Of a stretch of DNA of 32,000 nt, positions 15,850 to 25,080 are shown one piece after another. The position numbers and the translations under genes are program-made. How positions within the stretch are numbered: position 1 is the stretch's first letter; each line of letters opens with the position of its first letter. The stretch is from Candidatus Scalindua sp. GTDB lineage: Bacteria; Planctomycetota; Brocadiia; Brocadiales; Scalinduaceae. The notes under the pieces are model-generated. The model saw only the letters and a program-made list of their open reading frames with translations, searched no databases and had not been told where the DNA came from. Location: positions 2,400,001 through 2,432,000 of the forward strand of contig JALDRA010000001.1 in NCBI GenBank assembly GCA_031316235.1, read 5' to 3'.

Positions 15850-17025
15850 TTATTCCTTTCTGGTCCTGGCTCGGTCAGATTGGGAACTTTCAATTTCCTG
15901 GATCAGCCCCTTATCTGACATCCCTCTTAAACCAGTGAGTATCGGGGTTTTCAGACCTTTATGCTGAATCAGGACCTTAAATGTATCCCCCATGCCACCT
16001 GGTACGATAAGATTTTTTATTGCCAGAAACCTTCCAATGTCCCCTTGCAGCTCTTTCATCTTATCAAGGATCCCAAGCGCTAAGAGAAAGTGAGACTGTT
16101 TAGTAAATCCTGTTGTGGATAATCCCGATTTGACTCCAGCGTTCATTAAACCACTGAAATTTACATGAGAGGTAATATCCTGATTACCAATCCATACAAA
16201 CGGGTTTTCTTCTGTCCTGTGTTTACGATAACACATCAATGTTCCCCTGAATCTTTCATCAGAGTAGAGGTCACGAGCTAGGTATCCATAATCTATGGTG
16301 ATGACAAACCCCTTCTTCAAGTTAGAAGCGGTACTTTTCATCCATTCCAGGGCCTTCAGGTTTACTTCAGCCCTTTGCCCCTCTTTCAAGGGTATCGAAA
16401 GTTCCCCGAAATACTCTTTGATGAGAGGTTCTGAGGGCTCATCCGCAATCTCACTGAATTCACCATTTTTTACCGTTACATAAAGTTCTCTCAAACTGCC
16501 ATCTTTCACTATTACCCGGTGCACAGGATGAGAATCTACAAATTCGTTTGAGAGGAAACATCCGACAAGGGGGGCAGCCGATAAACCATCAACAGAAAAA
16601 GATTCCCATGAAACCTTTGTTTCGAACTCCTGTAAGAGGTCAGACTGTCTCCTCACATGGTATTTGCTTATCTCTATAATTTTGTATTCGAGTTTATTAA
16701 AAAATTCGGGGAAACAGCTCCTGGCATACGTAAGTACATCATGACAGAGCCAACCCTTTCCCGCACCCATCTCAACAACGGTAAACTCTCTCCTGCCCAG
16801 AATTCTCCACATCTCTTCCAGCTGCCTGGCAATGAGCTGCCCGAATACAGGGTGCACATCTGAGCTCGTGTAATAGTCTCCTCTTCTGCCTATCTTCTCT
16901 TTCTGAGAGGTATAATATCCATGTTCAGGGTGATAGAGCGCCCACTCCATGAATTTCGCAAAGGTTATCGGGCCCTCCTTGATTAATACGCTGATAAGTT
17001 CTCTCTTTGAATCTATGGAATCCAT
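15850..17025 (-). CDS. SAM-dependent methyltransferase, MidA/DUF185 (NDUFAF7-like) family
   Basis: 391-aa ORF with ITFAKFMEWALYHPEHGYY...GDYYTSSDVHPVFGQLIARQ...VVEMGAGKG, typical of the MidA family. Confidence 0.8.
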   Translation of the reverse strand: MDSIDSKRELISVLIKEGPITFAKFMEWALYHPEHGYYTSQKEKIGRRGDYYTSSDVHPVFGQLIARQLEEMWRILGRREFTVVEMGAGKGWLCHDVLTYARSCFPEFFNKLEYKIIEISKYHVRRQSDLLQEFETKVSWESFSVDGLSAAPLVGCFLSNEFVDSHPVHRVIVKDGSLRELYVTVKNGEFSEIADEPSEPLIKEYFGELSIPLKEGQRAEVNLKALEWMKSTASNLKKGFVITIDYGYLARDLYSDERFRGTLMCYRKHRTEENPFVWIGNQDITSHVNFSGLMNAGVKSGLSTTGFTKQSHFLLALGILDKMKELQGDIGRFLAIKNLIVPGGMGDTFKVLIQHKGLKTPILTGLRGMSDKGLIQEIESSQSDRARTRKE

Positions 17026-17141
17026 ACTCGCATCATACCGGAAATAGTGTCAGAGACCTTGAAACAAAGCATGCACACTCTGAAACTAAAATGTAATCAG
17101 CCGCCCCTCTTTCTGGGATTGGCTTCCCGAACAGGATACCC

Positions 17142-18062
17142 TTAACAAATTTCTTCAAGCCGTTTCTTCGCCGGCCGAACCCTCGAAAGTTCTTGATCTT
17201 TCTTCACCACCAGTTTCTTTTTCCGATACAGTAACTTTTCAAATAGTAAATTTGTTTTAGTGGGTAAGTTTTGACTCTCTGCCCTCAGATATCGTGCTCC
17301 CATACGACAATAATCGGGATCTATTTCGACACCAATGCTGTTTCTTCCGTACCTCAAGGCAGCAACCATACTGGTTCCCGAGCCGCAAAACGGATCAAGC
17401 ACTGTATCGTCAACAAATGAAAACATGCGTGTCAATCTCGATGCCAGCTCCAGAGGGTACGGAGCCGGATGTTTTTTTAAAGATGATCCGGGGATGTTCC
17501 AGATCTGCTGAAACCATCGGTCAAAGTCTTTCTTATTGATCATACTCTCCTGGCGCTGCTGCGCCGTTGGTTTCCTGTAGCCACCCGGTTTTCGCTGCAT
17601 GAGGATGAACTCTATATCATTCTTGATAATAGCGTTCGGTTCATAGGGTTTCCCGAGAAATTTTGAGCCGTTGGCTACCTCATATGAGGCATTGGCTATC
17701 TTGTACCATATTATGGGATTGAGATTGTCAAACCCTATTTTCCGGCACAGGACACAAATATCTGCATGAAGCGGAAAAACGAGATGCCTGCCGAATTTCC
17801 TTCGAGATACGCAAACATCACCGACGACACAAACCAGACGCCCACCGGGAACCAAAACACGAAACACGTGTTCCCAGACGAGTTTTATTTCCATGAGAAA
17901 TTTTTCGTAATCTTCTATATGCCCCAGCTGATCAGGATTTTCGTTGTATTTTTTAAGATTCCAGTACGGCGGAGAGGTAATTACGAGATGGACAGACTCA
18001 TCGGGAATGAATGATAAGTCTCTCGCGTCTCCGTTAACCAGCCTGTGGGTAGTTTCACTCAT
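17142..18062 (-). CDS. Type II DNA methyltransferase, beta class (N4-C or N6-A; PF01555-like)
   Basis: Motif IV (TSPPYW) lies N-terminal to motif I (LDPFCGSGTS), which is the beta-class circular permutation. The start codon overlaps the stop of the upstream endonuclease gene by 1 nt (TAATG on the minus strand). Confidence 0.85.
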   Translation of the reverse strand: MSETTHRLVNGDARDLSFIPDESVHLVITSPPYWNLKKYNENPDQLGHIEDYEKFLMEIKLVWEHVFRVLVPGGRLVCVVGDVCVSRRKFGRHLVFPLHADICVLCRKIGFDNLNPIIWYKIANASYEVANGSKFLGKPYEPNAIIKNDIEFILMQRKPGGYRKPTAQQRQESMINKKDFDRWFQQIWNIPGSSLKKHPAPYPLELASRLTRMFSFVDDTVLDPFCGSGTSMVAALRYGRNSIGVEIDPDYCRMGARYLRAESQNLPTKTNLLFEKLLYRKKKLVVKKDQELSRVRPAKKRLEEIC

Positions 18063-18796
18063 TACGAAATAAATCCTCCAACATGCGCTACGAGGATATG
18101 TGAAAAATTTTCGACAGACAGCTCATCGAGAGGTGTGGCAAATACCCCCTGAGGTCCATTATCCCGGTCTGAAGTAATGAAAGCAGATGCGGTGTAGTGT
18201 CTCTCCAGGACAAGTTTTCTGCAAAAAATTTCATAGCGTTTCATGTAGGATGCACCTTTGAATTCTGGAAATACTGAAAAATGAGGTTCTTTAACACGGA
18301 CAGGTTTTTGTGAAGAGGCACAATCTTCGAGCATGAAAAAATATCCGAGAAAGGGCTGAGGACTTGTATGGAATGCACCTTCACGGTAGGCAGTCCATAA
18401 GTCGATGGCGCTTCCCATTGCTTCCTCGGTCCGGTTATTGAAATTGTTGCCAAATGAGGGTCCAACCTGCGACTTGGCTTCGATTGCGGCGATGAGTTTT
18501 CCATCCTTCACCACAAGAAGATCCCACTCCTTTGTCGGGCGGAAGAAACCGGGCAGTTCAAGAGAGCCCTTCCTCTGGACCAGTTTGATGTCCAATCCTG
18601 TTGACACAATAAGCCGGGTAAAGAGTTCTACAAAACCGTCCATCTGTGCACCACCAGTTACCGCACTTCGAAGGCCAGCGTCAGCACGTCCGCTCTGCTG
18701 TTGTCTGCGCTGCTGAAAAAGCCTTGTTTCCCAGTAGTGCGAAACAGCGGCCCCAATCATTTCTTGTAAATTTTCTGGTAAACCAAACTTATTCAT
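18062..18796 (-). CDS. Type II restriction endonuclease, XhoI/PaeR7I-like (family assignment from memory)
   Basis: 244-aa ORF with SAVTGGAQMDGF...ELPGFFRPTKEWDLLVV...IEAKSQVGPSFGNNFNNRTEEAMGSAIDLWTAYREGAF, which I recall as the XhoI-family core. It is translationally coupled to the MTase. Confidence 0.65.
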   Translation of the reverse strand: MNKFGLPENLQEMIGAAVSHYWETRLFQQRRQQQSGRADAGLRSAVTGGAQMDGFVELFTRLIVSTGLDIKLVQRKGSLELPGFFRPTKEWDLLVVKDGKLIAAIEAKSQVGPSFGNNFNNRTEEAMGSAIDLWTAYREGAFHTSPQPFLGYFFMLEDCASSQKPVRVKEPHFSVFPEFKGASYMKRYEIFCRKLVLERHYTASAFITSDRDNGPQGVFATPLDELSVENFSHILVAHVGGFIS

Positions 18797-18859
18797 CTCG
18801 CCATCTTAACCATGGAAAACAGGGGGAAATTGAGACCTTGATCAGATTTAAAACAGAGG

Positions 18860-18895
18860 TATGCTAAAACCGAAAACCAAACCGGTTTCAGTATA
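18860..18895. repeat. AT-rich MITE family, minimal hairpin copy C
   Basis: tatgctaaaaccgaaaaccaaaccggtttcagtata is an imperfect version of the palindromic core seen at 23835-23874. Confidence 0.55.
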
Positions 18896-19033
18896 GCTAC
18901 TTTTGTGAATTAATTCGCTGCATGATCGAATTTTAGCTCCTCTATTCCCGTATGTCAATTAAATAGGTTGTGGTTGAACGTAAACTATCCATTTCATGCG
19001 CTGATGTTATCATTTCTTTTGAGTTTTAGATTT

Positions 19034-19195
19034 TTCCAAAAACCATTATAAGATAAGTATACTCATCTCATACTGGATTTCGGATACAATCCGAGATAAA
19101 ATTGAGCGGGTAAAGTCCTCGGCGCTTTTTGTCCGGGGATACCTTCACCAGGATTTAGTTTCCGGTAAAACCGAAAACCAAATCGGTAGTAAATA
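19034..19195 (-). repeat. AT-rich MITE, full-length copy D (19058-19195, reverse orientation) abutted head-to-head by a 28-bp right-end fragment (19034-19061)
   Basis: 19058-19195 is the reverse complement of copy A with few differences. The segment aaccattataagataagtata immediately before it is a plus-oriented right end that shares the central tata. Confidence 0.8.
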
Positions 19196-19409
19196 TCAGG
19201 ATAATTTTCAAGGGAAACGGGGCTATTCCCTCCATGCCCTGACTTTTATGTCCCCGTGTAAAGCAATCCTGAGGGCTTGAATTGTTTGCAGCGTATTAAG
19301 TGGTTATTTTATTTAGAAGTAGCTTTGTGGGCTGAATTATTATATACTGAACCCCTGGTTTTTGAGCCTTTTGACAAATTTGATACAAAAAAAGAAAGAT
19401 AAAGAAGAG

Positions 19410-20612
19410 ATGAAATTCAGCGAAATAAACCTACCCTCAAATATCCTTGAAAAACTCCATGAGATGGGATATGACGAAATGACACCAATTCAGGAAATAA
19501 CGTATCCCATCATTTCAGCAGGACAAGACCTCTGTGCAATTGCAGAGACCGGTTCGGGAAAGACAGCCGCCTGTGCAATACCGCTTATCCAGAAAATAGA
19601 TCCGACACTTAACGCTATTCAGGGTCTTGTGATTGTTCCGACACGGGAACTGTGCATGCAGTATGTGGGAGAGATCCAGAAGATTGCGGCAAATACTCCC
19701 GTGACTCCCTTTGCCGTGTATGGCGGTTTCGATAAAGAGATTGAGCTTGCCAAGCTGAGGCACGGGGTGCACATTCTGGTCGCAACACCGGGGAGGCTGA
19801 TCGATTTTTTATACAGTGGGAAAATTTCTTTATCACGCGTCAAGTGTGCTATCCTTGACGAGGCAGATGAGCTTTTGAAGGTGGGGTTCCTTGAAGATAT
19901 AGAATTTATTCTGTCCTGTATCCTGCATGAACATCAGACGCTCCTTTTTTCCGCAACTATGCCCGAGGATATAAAAAAACTTACGCATGATTGTCTCCGT
20001 GACCCGCAGCACATCTCCCTCGTCTCAAAGAGGGCAGCGCCGGAAAGTATTGAACACTATTTTTCCTATCTCCACCCGAAATACAAACAGACTGAGCTCA
20101 TAAAATATCTGGAGGGAGAGAACGTCGAGCAGATGATCATATTTTGTAATGCACGTCATAAGGTTGATACGCTGTTCCGATCTATCCGGCAGGATTTTAA
20201 AGATGTAGAGTATATACATGCAGGGCTCAATCAGGGAAAACGTACTTCAGTTTTCATGCAGTTCAGAAAGGGGAAGATCCACTATCTCATTGCCAGTGAT
20301 GTAGCCGGGAGGGGGCTTGATTTCTCACATGTTTCGCACGTTGTAAACTGGGATTTTCCTGAAGGACGGGACCGGTATACCCACCGTACGGGCCGTGCCG
20401 GGCGTATGGGAAAAAAAGGAAAGGCGTTTACTTTCGTCACCAAGCATGATCTTCCTAATCTTCGGGAACTTATTGACAGAAAACAGATTACTCCCAGCTG
20501 GATAGGAAAAGATCCTCTTCTGGAAATCAGAGAATCTCAGGAGAAAAAAAATCAAAAGAGTAAAAGACGTTTCCGTCCCCGTTCAGGCAAGCCAAAAAAG
20601 AAGGTTGAATAA
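19410..20612 (+). CDS. DEAD-box ATP-dependent RNA helicase
   Basis: Contains AETGSGKT (motif I), PTRELC, DEAD, SAT, HRTGRAGRMG and a K/R-rich tail. I prefer the ATG at 19410 (MKFSEINLP) to the TTG at 19362. Confidence 0.9.
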   Translation: MKFSEINLPSNILEKLHEMGYDEMTPIQEITYPIISAGQDLCAIAETGSGKTAACAIPLIQKIDPTLNAIQGLVIVPTRELCMQYVGEIQKIAANTPVTPFAVYGGFDKEIELAKLRHGVHILVATPGRLIDFLYSGKISLSRVKCAILDEADELLKVGFLEDIEFILSCILHEHQTLLFSATMPEDIKKLTHDCLRDPQHISLVSKRAAPESIEHYFSYLHPKYKQTELIKYLEGENVEQMIIFCNARHKVDTLFRSIRQDFKDVEYIHAGLNQGKRTSVFMQFRKGKIHYLIASDVAGRGLDFSHVSHVVNWDFPEGRDRYTHRTGRAGRMGKKGKAFTFVTKHDLPNLRELIDRKQITPSWIGKDPLLEIRESQEKKNQKSKRRFRPRSGKPKKKVE

Positions 20613-20639
20613 GAGACGCATACGAAAAGTAACACGGTA

Positions 20640-20750
20640 TATACTAAAACCGATCTGGTTTTCGGTTTTACTCGAAACCAGATCCTGGTTGCTGGCACAC
20701 TCCATCCGTTTTTTCCCGGTTTTACCGAAAACCATTTTAAGATGAGTATA
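20640..20750 (+). repeat. AT-rich MITE, short variant, copy E (about 111 bp)
   Basis: tatactaaaaccgatctggttttcggtttta...ccgaaaaccattttaagatgagtata. The left 50 bp are nearly identical to copy A. The middle matches copy H. Confidence 0.8.
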
Positions 20751-20771
20751 AATCATATACAGGCATAAAAA

Positions 20772-21461
20772 ATGGAAATATATGTAACGACAACAACCCG
20801 ATTGCTTGTTTCACTCCTGATGGGCGGTATAATCGGGTTTGAAAGGACTTTTTACGGAAGACCGGCGGGGTTAAGAACTCATACCCTGGTCTGTATCTCT
20901 TCCTGCCTGTTAATGTTATTCGGCCTGTTTCAGGAGAATCTTTTAAGCAGTATGTCCATTGAAACTATTCAGATTGATCCTACGCGGATGGCACAGGGTA
21001 TTATGACAGGAATAGGGTTTCTCGGGGCCGGTGTGATCATGAAAGAAAGATTCTCCATCAGGGGGTTAACTACCGCCGCTTCGATCTGGATTACGGCGGC
21101 CATAGGGATTATTATGGGACTGGGGCTCTATTTTCCTGCTATTTTAGCCACCATGCTTACTTTAATAGTCTTAAGCTTTTTTCGCTGGTTTGAACGGAAA
21201 TTACCCGTTCTCAGGTATGGAAGGCTGGTCTTACGTTTTAAGAACGACGAAGCGATATCAAAAGATGAAATTAATACGATTGTAGAAAGTAACAACATCA
21301 AGGGGGGAAATTGCAGTTTTTATCTCAAAGATGAAGGTAGATTTTTACAATATGAGCTGACAATGTGTACCAATAATCCAGATAATTTTTATCAACTGGC
21401 TGAAACGTTAAGAAAACTTGATATTGTGGATGAATTCAGTGTCATACCTACCGGTGAGTAG
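20772..21461 (+). CDS. mgtC: MgtC/SapB-family membrane protein
   Basis: Contains GGIIGFERTFYGRPAGLRTHTLVC, GIMTGIGFLGAGVIM, GLTTAASIWITAAIGIIMGLG and a C-terminal ACT-like soluble domain. Confidence 0.8.
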   Translation: MEIYVTTTTRLLVSLLMGGIIGFERTFYGRPAGLRTHTLVCISSCLLMLFGLFQENLLSSMSIETIQIDPTRMAQGIMTGIGFLGAGVIMKERFSIRGLTTAASIWITAAIGIIMGLGLYFPAILATMLTLIVLSFFRWFERKLPVLRYGRLVLRFKNDEAISKDEINTIVESNNIKGGNCSFYLKDEGRFLQYELTMCTNNPDNFYQLAETLRKLDIVDEFSVIPTGE

Positions 21462-21512
21462 ACAGGGTTCTGTTCAGTGTTTACCTTTCGACATTCCTGA
21501 CGGATATAAAGA

Positions 21513-21995
21513 TTATGCAGGAAGCTGTTTTTGCCATGCGGTATAATTTTTCTTCATCTGTTTGATGTGATCGGTGACATGATTTGCATAAATTTCAAGC
21601 CAATGATCGAGCGTCACGATTCCATCTTCTCCATAACCGGAAGCATTTGACCAGATTGTGTCAGGAAGTTCTTTGATGAGGGCATAGGTATTCTGCCTTA
21701 ACCATTTAAATAACTTCAATGATCCTTCGATATTTTGCTCCCTGTAGTGTAAGGCTTCAGACCAGACATTCTGGTCATAATCGTTAACAGATTTCCCCGG
21801 CTGTGCAATTAATTTCCTGCATTTAACAAAAGCATTTGCCTCACTATCTGCAATATGAACCAGAATTTCATGAATACTCCAACGGTCTCCTGAAGGTTTA
21901 AATTCCCACATCTCTTTCGGAAATTGTTTTAAAGCTTCTGTTAATTGCTGAAACCCTTTCCCGAACAGTTCAATTGCCTGTTTCCGATTCTGCAT
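21513..21995 (-). CDS. DinB-family (DinB_2-like) protein
   Basis: Has the His-triad pattern WSIHEILVHIADSE ... HWLEIYANHVTDHIKQM. The ATG at 21995 is preceded by aaggag. Confidence 0.75.
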   Translation of the reverse strand: MQNRKQAIELFGKGFQQLTEALKQFPKEMWEFKPSGDRWSIHEILVHIADSEANAFVKCRKLIAQPGKSVNDYDQNVWSEALHYREQNIEGSLKLFKWLRQNTYALIKELPDTIWSNASGYGEDGIVTLDHWLEIYANHVTDHIKQMKKNYTAWQKQLPA

Positions 21996-22027
21996 AATTC
22001 TATCTCCTTTCACTATTTTGAACAAAT

Positions 22028-22084
22028 TATACTCATCTCATACTGGATTTCTGATTAAATCCGAGAAAAAACAGAGTGAGTATT
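22028..22084 (-). repeat. AT-rich MITE family, truncated copy F
   Basis: tatactcatctcatactggatttctgattaaatccgagaaaaaacagagtgagtat aligns with the first 60 bp of copy D. Confidence 0.65.
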
Positions 22085-22129
22085 CCAGGGCAGCGTATCT
22101 GTAACGAAAAATCCATGGTCCTCTAGAAA

Positions 22130-22768
22130 CTAGCGCCTGATACCTGAACCATGAGCATTGAACTGCCGAACCGCTTCATCTGAATATTCATGGGCAGTCA
22201 GTGTACGCAAAACATCAAAAGGAAGGGTCAGGTGACAGGCTCCTGATAGTATCGCGGCACCTGCTTCAGACGGTGATTTCAGGCTGGCAGCGAGAATCTG
22301 GGTTTGGCTTCCTTTCAGCACAGTGGCCATGTCAGCGAGAATACCCATTCCATCTCCCAGTAATTTTGTTGCCCGGTTCACATAAACGGCAATATAGCGA
22401 ACCCCAATCTCACGAGCAACAATAGCTTGCGCAACACTGTAGACGGCCGTAATGCAACAGGGGATTTCTGAGGGAAGAAATGAAATCACCTGAAATCCAG
22501 GTTCAGTGGGAGGTATTTTAAGGACCAGCTGATCTCCGACAATCTTTTTTACACGGGCAGCCTCTTTTATCATATCTTCAATGCTGGTTGCGAACAGCTG
22601 GTAGAAGAGTAATCCGGTGCCGAGTTCTGCCAATTGGCGTATCGTATCTTCAACTGGATTTTCTGATTGCGCAAGAAGAGTTGGATTGGTAGTTATCCCG
22701 CGAACCCAACCAAGCTCCTTTGCAGCCTTTGCCAGTTCAATATCTGCCGTATCAACGAAAATTGCCAT
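22130..22768 (-). CDS. Transaldolase / fructose-6-phosphate aldolase family protein
   Basis: From M24 (ATG at 22768): MAIFVDTADIELAKAAKELGWVRGITTNPTLL...LVLKIP...ITAVYSVAQAIVAREIGVRYIAVYVNR. The 23 upstream codons of the ORF run into repeat sequence and are probably not coding. Confidence 0.75.
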   Translation of the reverse strand: MAIFVDTADIELAKAAKELGWVRGITTNPTLLAQSENPVEDTIRQLAELGTGLLFYQLFATSIEDMIKEAARVKKIVGDQLVLKIPPTEPGFQVISFLPSEIPCCITAVYSVAQAIVAREIGVRYIAVYVNRATKLLGDGMGILADMATVLKGSQTQILAASLKSPSEAGAAILSGACHLTLPFDVLRTLTAHEYSDEAVRQFNAHGSGIRR

Positions 22769-23100
22769 AGGTAACAGGTACTGTGTATCAATCACAAATT
22801 GTTTTCCGGTTTCACCTGAACGCCACCGTATTTTCAATCATAAAGTCCTCGGAGGTTTTTGCCCGGGGAAAAACCTCAGCTGGGTATATTTCAATAGTGC
22901 ATAATTTTCCTGTAAATAATCTGTTCCGTATTTTCAATACCGATGATGACTGTGGATCTGATTATTCAGAAAACCCGTGAACCTTCCAGTGAATTCCTGT
23001 ATCATAAAGCGGGACAGAGAGTAAGTCAATATGCAATTTGGAAACAGTATCCCTGAAATGATTGCCCTTGCAGAGAGAGTATGCGACAGCATTGGAAGAA

Positions 23101-23757
23101 ATGAAACAGATCCACCTGCCACCGCCAATTGGTAATATCGAATATCTTTATAGCGATAATCAGATAATCATTGTTGAGAAACCGGCGAATATGCTGTCAG
23201 TACCCGGTAATACTCCGGAAAAACAGGATTGCCTCATTCACCGGGTGCAGAAACGTTTTTCCGAAGCCCGGATAGTCCATCGACTCGATTTTTCTACTTC
23301 CGGTCTCATGGTTATTGCACAAAACGCAGCCTCCCATCGCACATTAAGCCTTCAATTTCAGAATCGGGAAACGGAAAAGAGCTACATCGCAAAGGTGTAT
23401 GGTCATCCAGAAAAGGCCTCTGGAGTTATCAACCTGCCCTTGCGCTGTGATTGGGAAAGGCGCCCCCGGCAGATTGTTGACAGCAGGCAGGGGAAAGAGG
23501 CGCAAACCTTGTGGAAAGTTCTTGATCGTTATGAAGAGTGCTGCCGAGTGCTCCTGACCCCCATAACGGGACGAACTCATCAGCTTCGTGTTCATATGCA
23601 GGTATCGGGGCACCCAATTCTTGGAGATGAACTTTATGCCCATCAGATTGCGTTTCAAATGGCAGATCGATTAAATCTCCATGCTGCGAAACTTATCATC
23701 ACTCATCCGACAGAACAGAAACGTTTAACTTTCGCAAGTGTAACGACTCCTTTTTAA
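23101..23757 (+). CDS. RluA-family pseudouridine synthase
   Basis: Contains IIIVEKPANMLSVPG, the catalytic HRLDFSTSGLMVIAQN, and TGRTHQLRVHM. The ATG at 23101 lies in frame inside ORF 23062..23757. Confidence 0.85.
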   Translation: MKQIHLPPPIGNIEYLYSDNQIIIVEKPANMLSVPGNTPEKQDCLIHRVQKRFSEARIVHRLDFSTSGLMVIAQNAASHRTLSLQFQNRETEKSYIAKVYGHPEKASGVINLPLRCDWERRPRQIVDSRQGKEAQTLWKVLDRYEECCRVLLTPITGRTHQLRVHMQVSGHPILGDELYAHQIAFQMADRLNLHAAKLIITHPTEQKRLTFASVTTPF

Positions 23758-23819
23758 TCGAGAAAAAGTGTCTTTACATTGAGCGGGTATAAATTTGAAC
23801 CTGAAGGGAATACCTTAAT

Positions 23820-23889
23820 ATACCCATCTTACACGTTATACTAAAACCGAAAACCAAATCGGTTTTAGTATAACGTGTAAGATGGGTAT
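23820..23889. repeat. Perfect palindrome (31-bp arms, 8-nt loop) built on the AT-rich MITE core, copy G; possible rluA terminator
   Basis: atacccatcttacacgttatactaaaaccga (23820-23850), loop aaaccaaa, then tcggttttagtataacgtgtaagatgggtat (23859-23889). I checked base by base that the arms are exact reverse complements. Confidence 0.85.
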
Positions 23890-24201
23890 CTCTGGATTGA
23901 GCAGTAAACTCTTCTCATTCCGCTATAGTCTCTTCAGACTGTCCCTGACTATTATGAACGGAGAACACAGGGAGAAGCGGGAATTTGAGAAAAAAAACTT
24001 GAATAAGTCTGCTCAACAAAGTAATGTTATTCGACTACACGGATGTGGAATCTACTTTCAGGCACCTCATTTCTGGTAATCTATTTCTTCAGCAGGTTGA
24101 TTACGCAGTGCTTTTTTATCTGCCGGATGAGGAGCAATGGGAAATTTTTTGTGATGTGAGCGTAACAAAAACGCTTTTCTGTCGTTTAAGAGCCCCGAGC
24201 T

Positions 24202-25047
24202 ATGAGTAAAATATCTCTTGTAAAACTGTTAAACAAAATCGAAGAACTTCCGCCTTTGCCTCAAAGCATCCCGCAAATACTCGATATCACCAGAAATCCC
24301 GATTCATCAGCTCATGATCTCACGAAAGTTTTCGAACGAGATCCAACTTTAGCGGCTGGTATCCTTAAGCTTGCAAACACAGCATATTACGGGTTTAACA
24401 GGAAGATATCCACGATATCCCATGCCGTAGTCTGCCTTGGTTTTAACACAATAAGGAGTATTGCACTGACTGCATCTACGCATGGCATGTTGAGTAACGG
24501 AATAGATGCATATCATCTTGAAAAAGGGATGTTGTGGCAACATTCAACCGCCTGCGCAATCTGTGCGAGAATGATTGCACAGCACGTCAAATATAAGGAT
24601 TGCGAAGAAGCATATATTGCAGGCCTGTTACATGATATTGGCAAGATCATACTGAGCAGTTTTGCAGAAGAACAGTATGATGAGATTATAGAGAAGACAA
24701 TGGACAACAAAACACCTTATAATGTGGCAGAACTGGAGGTCCTCGGCTATGATCATCCCCAGATTGGCGGAAAAATCATTGAGAAATGGAATCTTCCTCC
24801 TGCTCTCGTAGAAGCGGTGCAGTATCACCATCAACCGGAAAAAGCAGAAAATAACACAATACTGACTTATATTGTGCATTTAGCGGATGCAATTTGTGAT
24901 ATGCTCGGAATTGGTCTTGGAAGTGATGGTCTCATGTATATATTTGAAGAAAATACATTCGATATTTTAGGGATCGGAAAAGAGGATGTTGAAACCTTCA
25001 TGAGTGAACTTGTTGATAAAATACAAAGCGGTAAGCTGGAATCGTAA
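24202..25047 (+). CDS. HDOD-domain signalling protein
   Basis: Contains LPPLPQSIPQILDITRNPDSSAHDLTKVFERDPTLAAGILKLANTAYYG...ISHAVVCLGFNTIRSIAL...GLLHDIGKIIL. Confidence 0.85.
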   Translation: MSKISLVKLLNKIEELPPLPQSIPQILDITRNPDSSAHDLTKVFERDPTLAAGILKLANTAYYGFNRKISTISHAVVCLGFNTIRSIALTASTHGMLSNGIDAYHLEKGMLWQHSTACAICARMIAQHVKYKDCEEAYIAGLLHDIGKIILSSFAEEQYDEIIEKTMDNKTPYNVAELEVLGYDHPQIGGKIIEKWNLPPALVEAVQYHHQPEKAENNTILTYIVHLADAICDMLGIGLGSDGLMYIFEENTFDILGIGKEDVETFMSELVDKIQSGKLES

Positions 25048-25080
25048 GGGAAAGCCGCTCTATCTCCTCCCTGTTCATTG

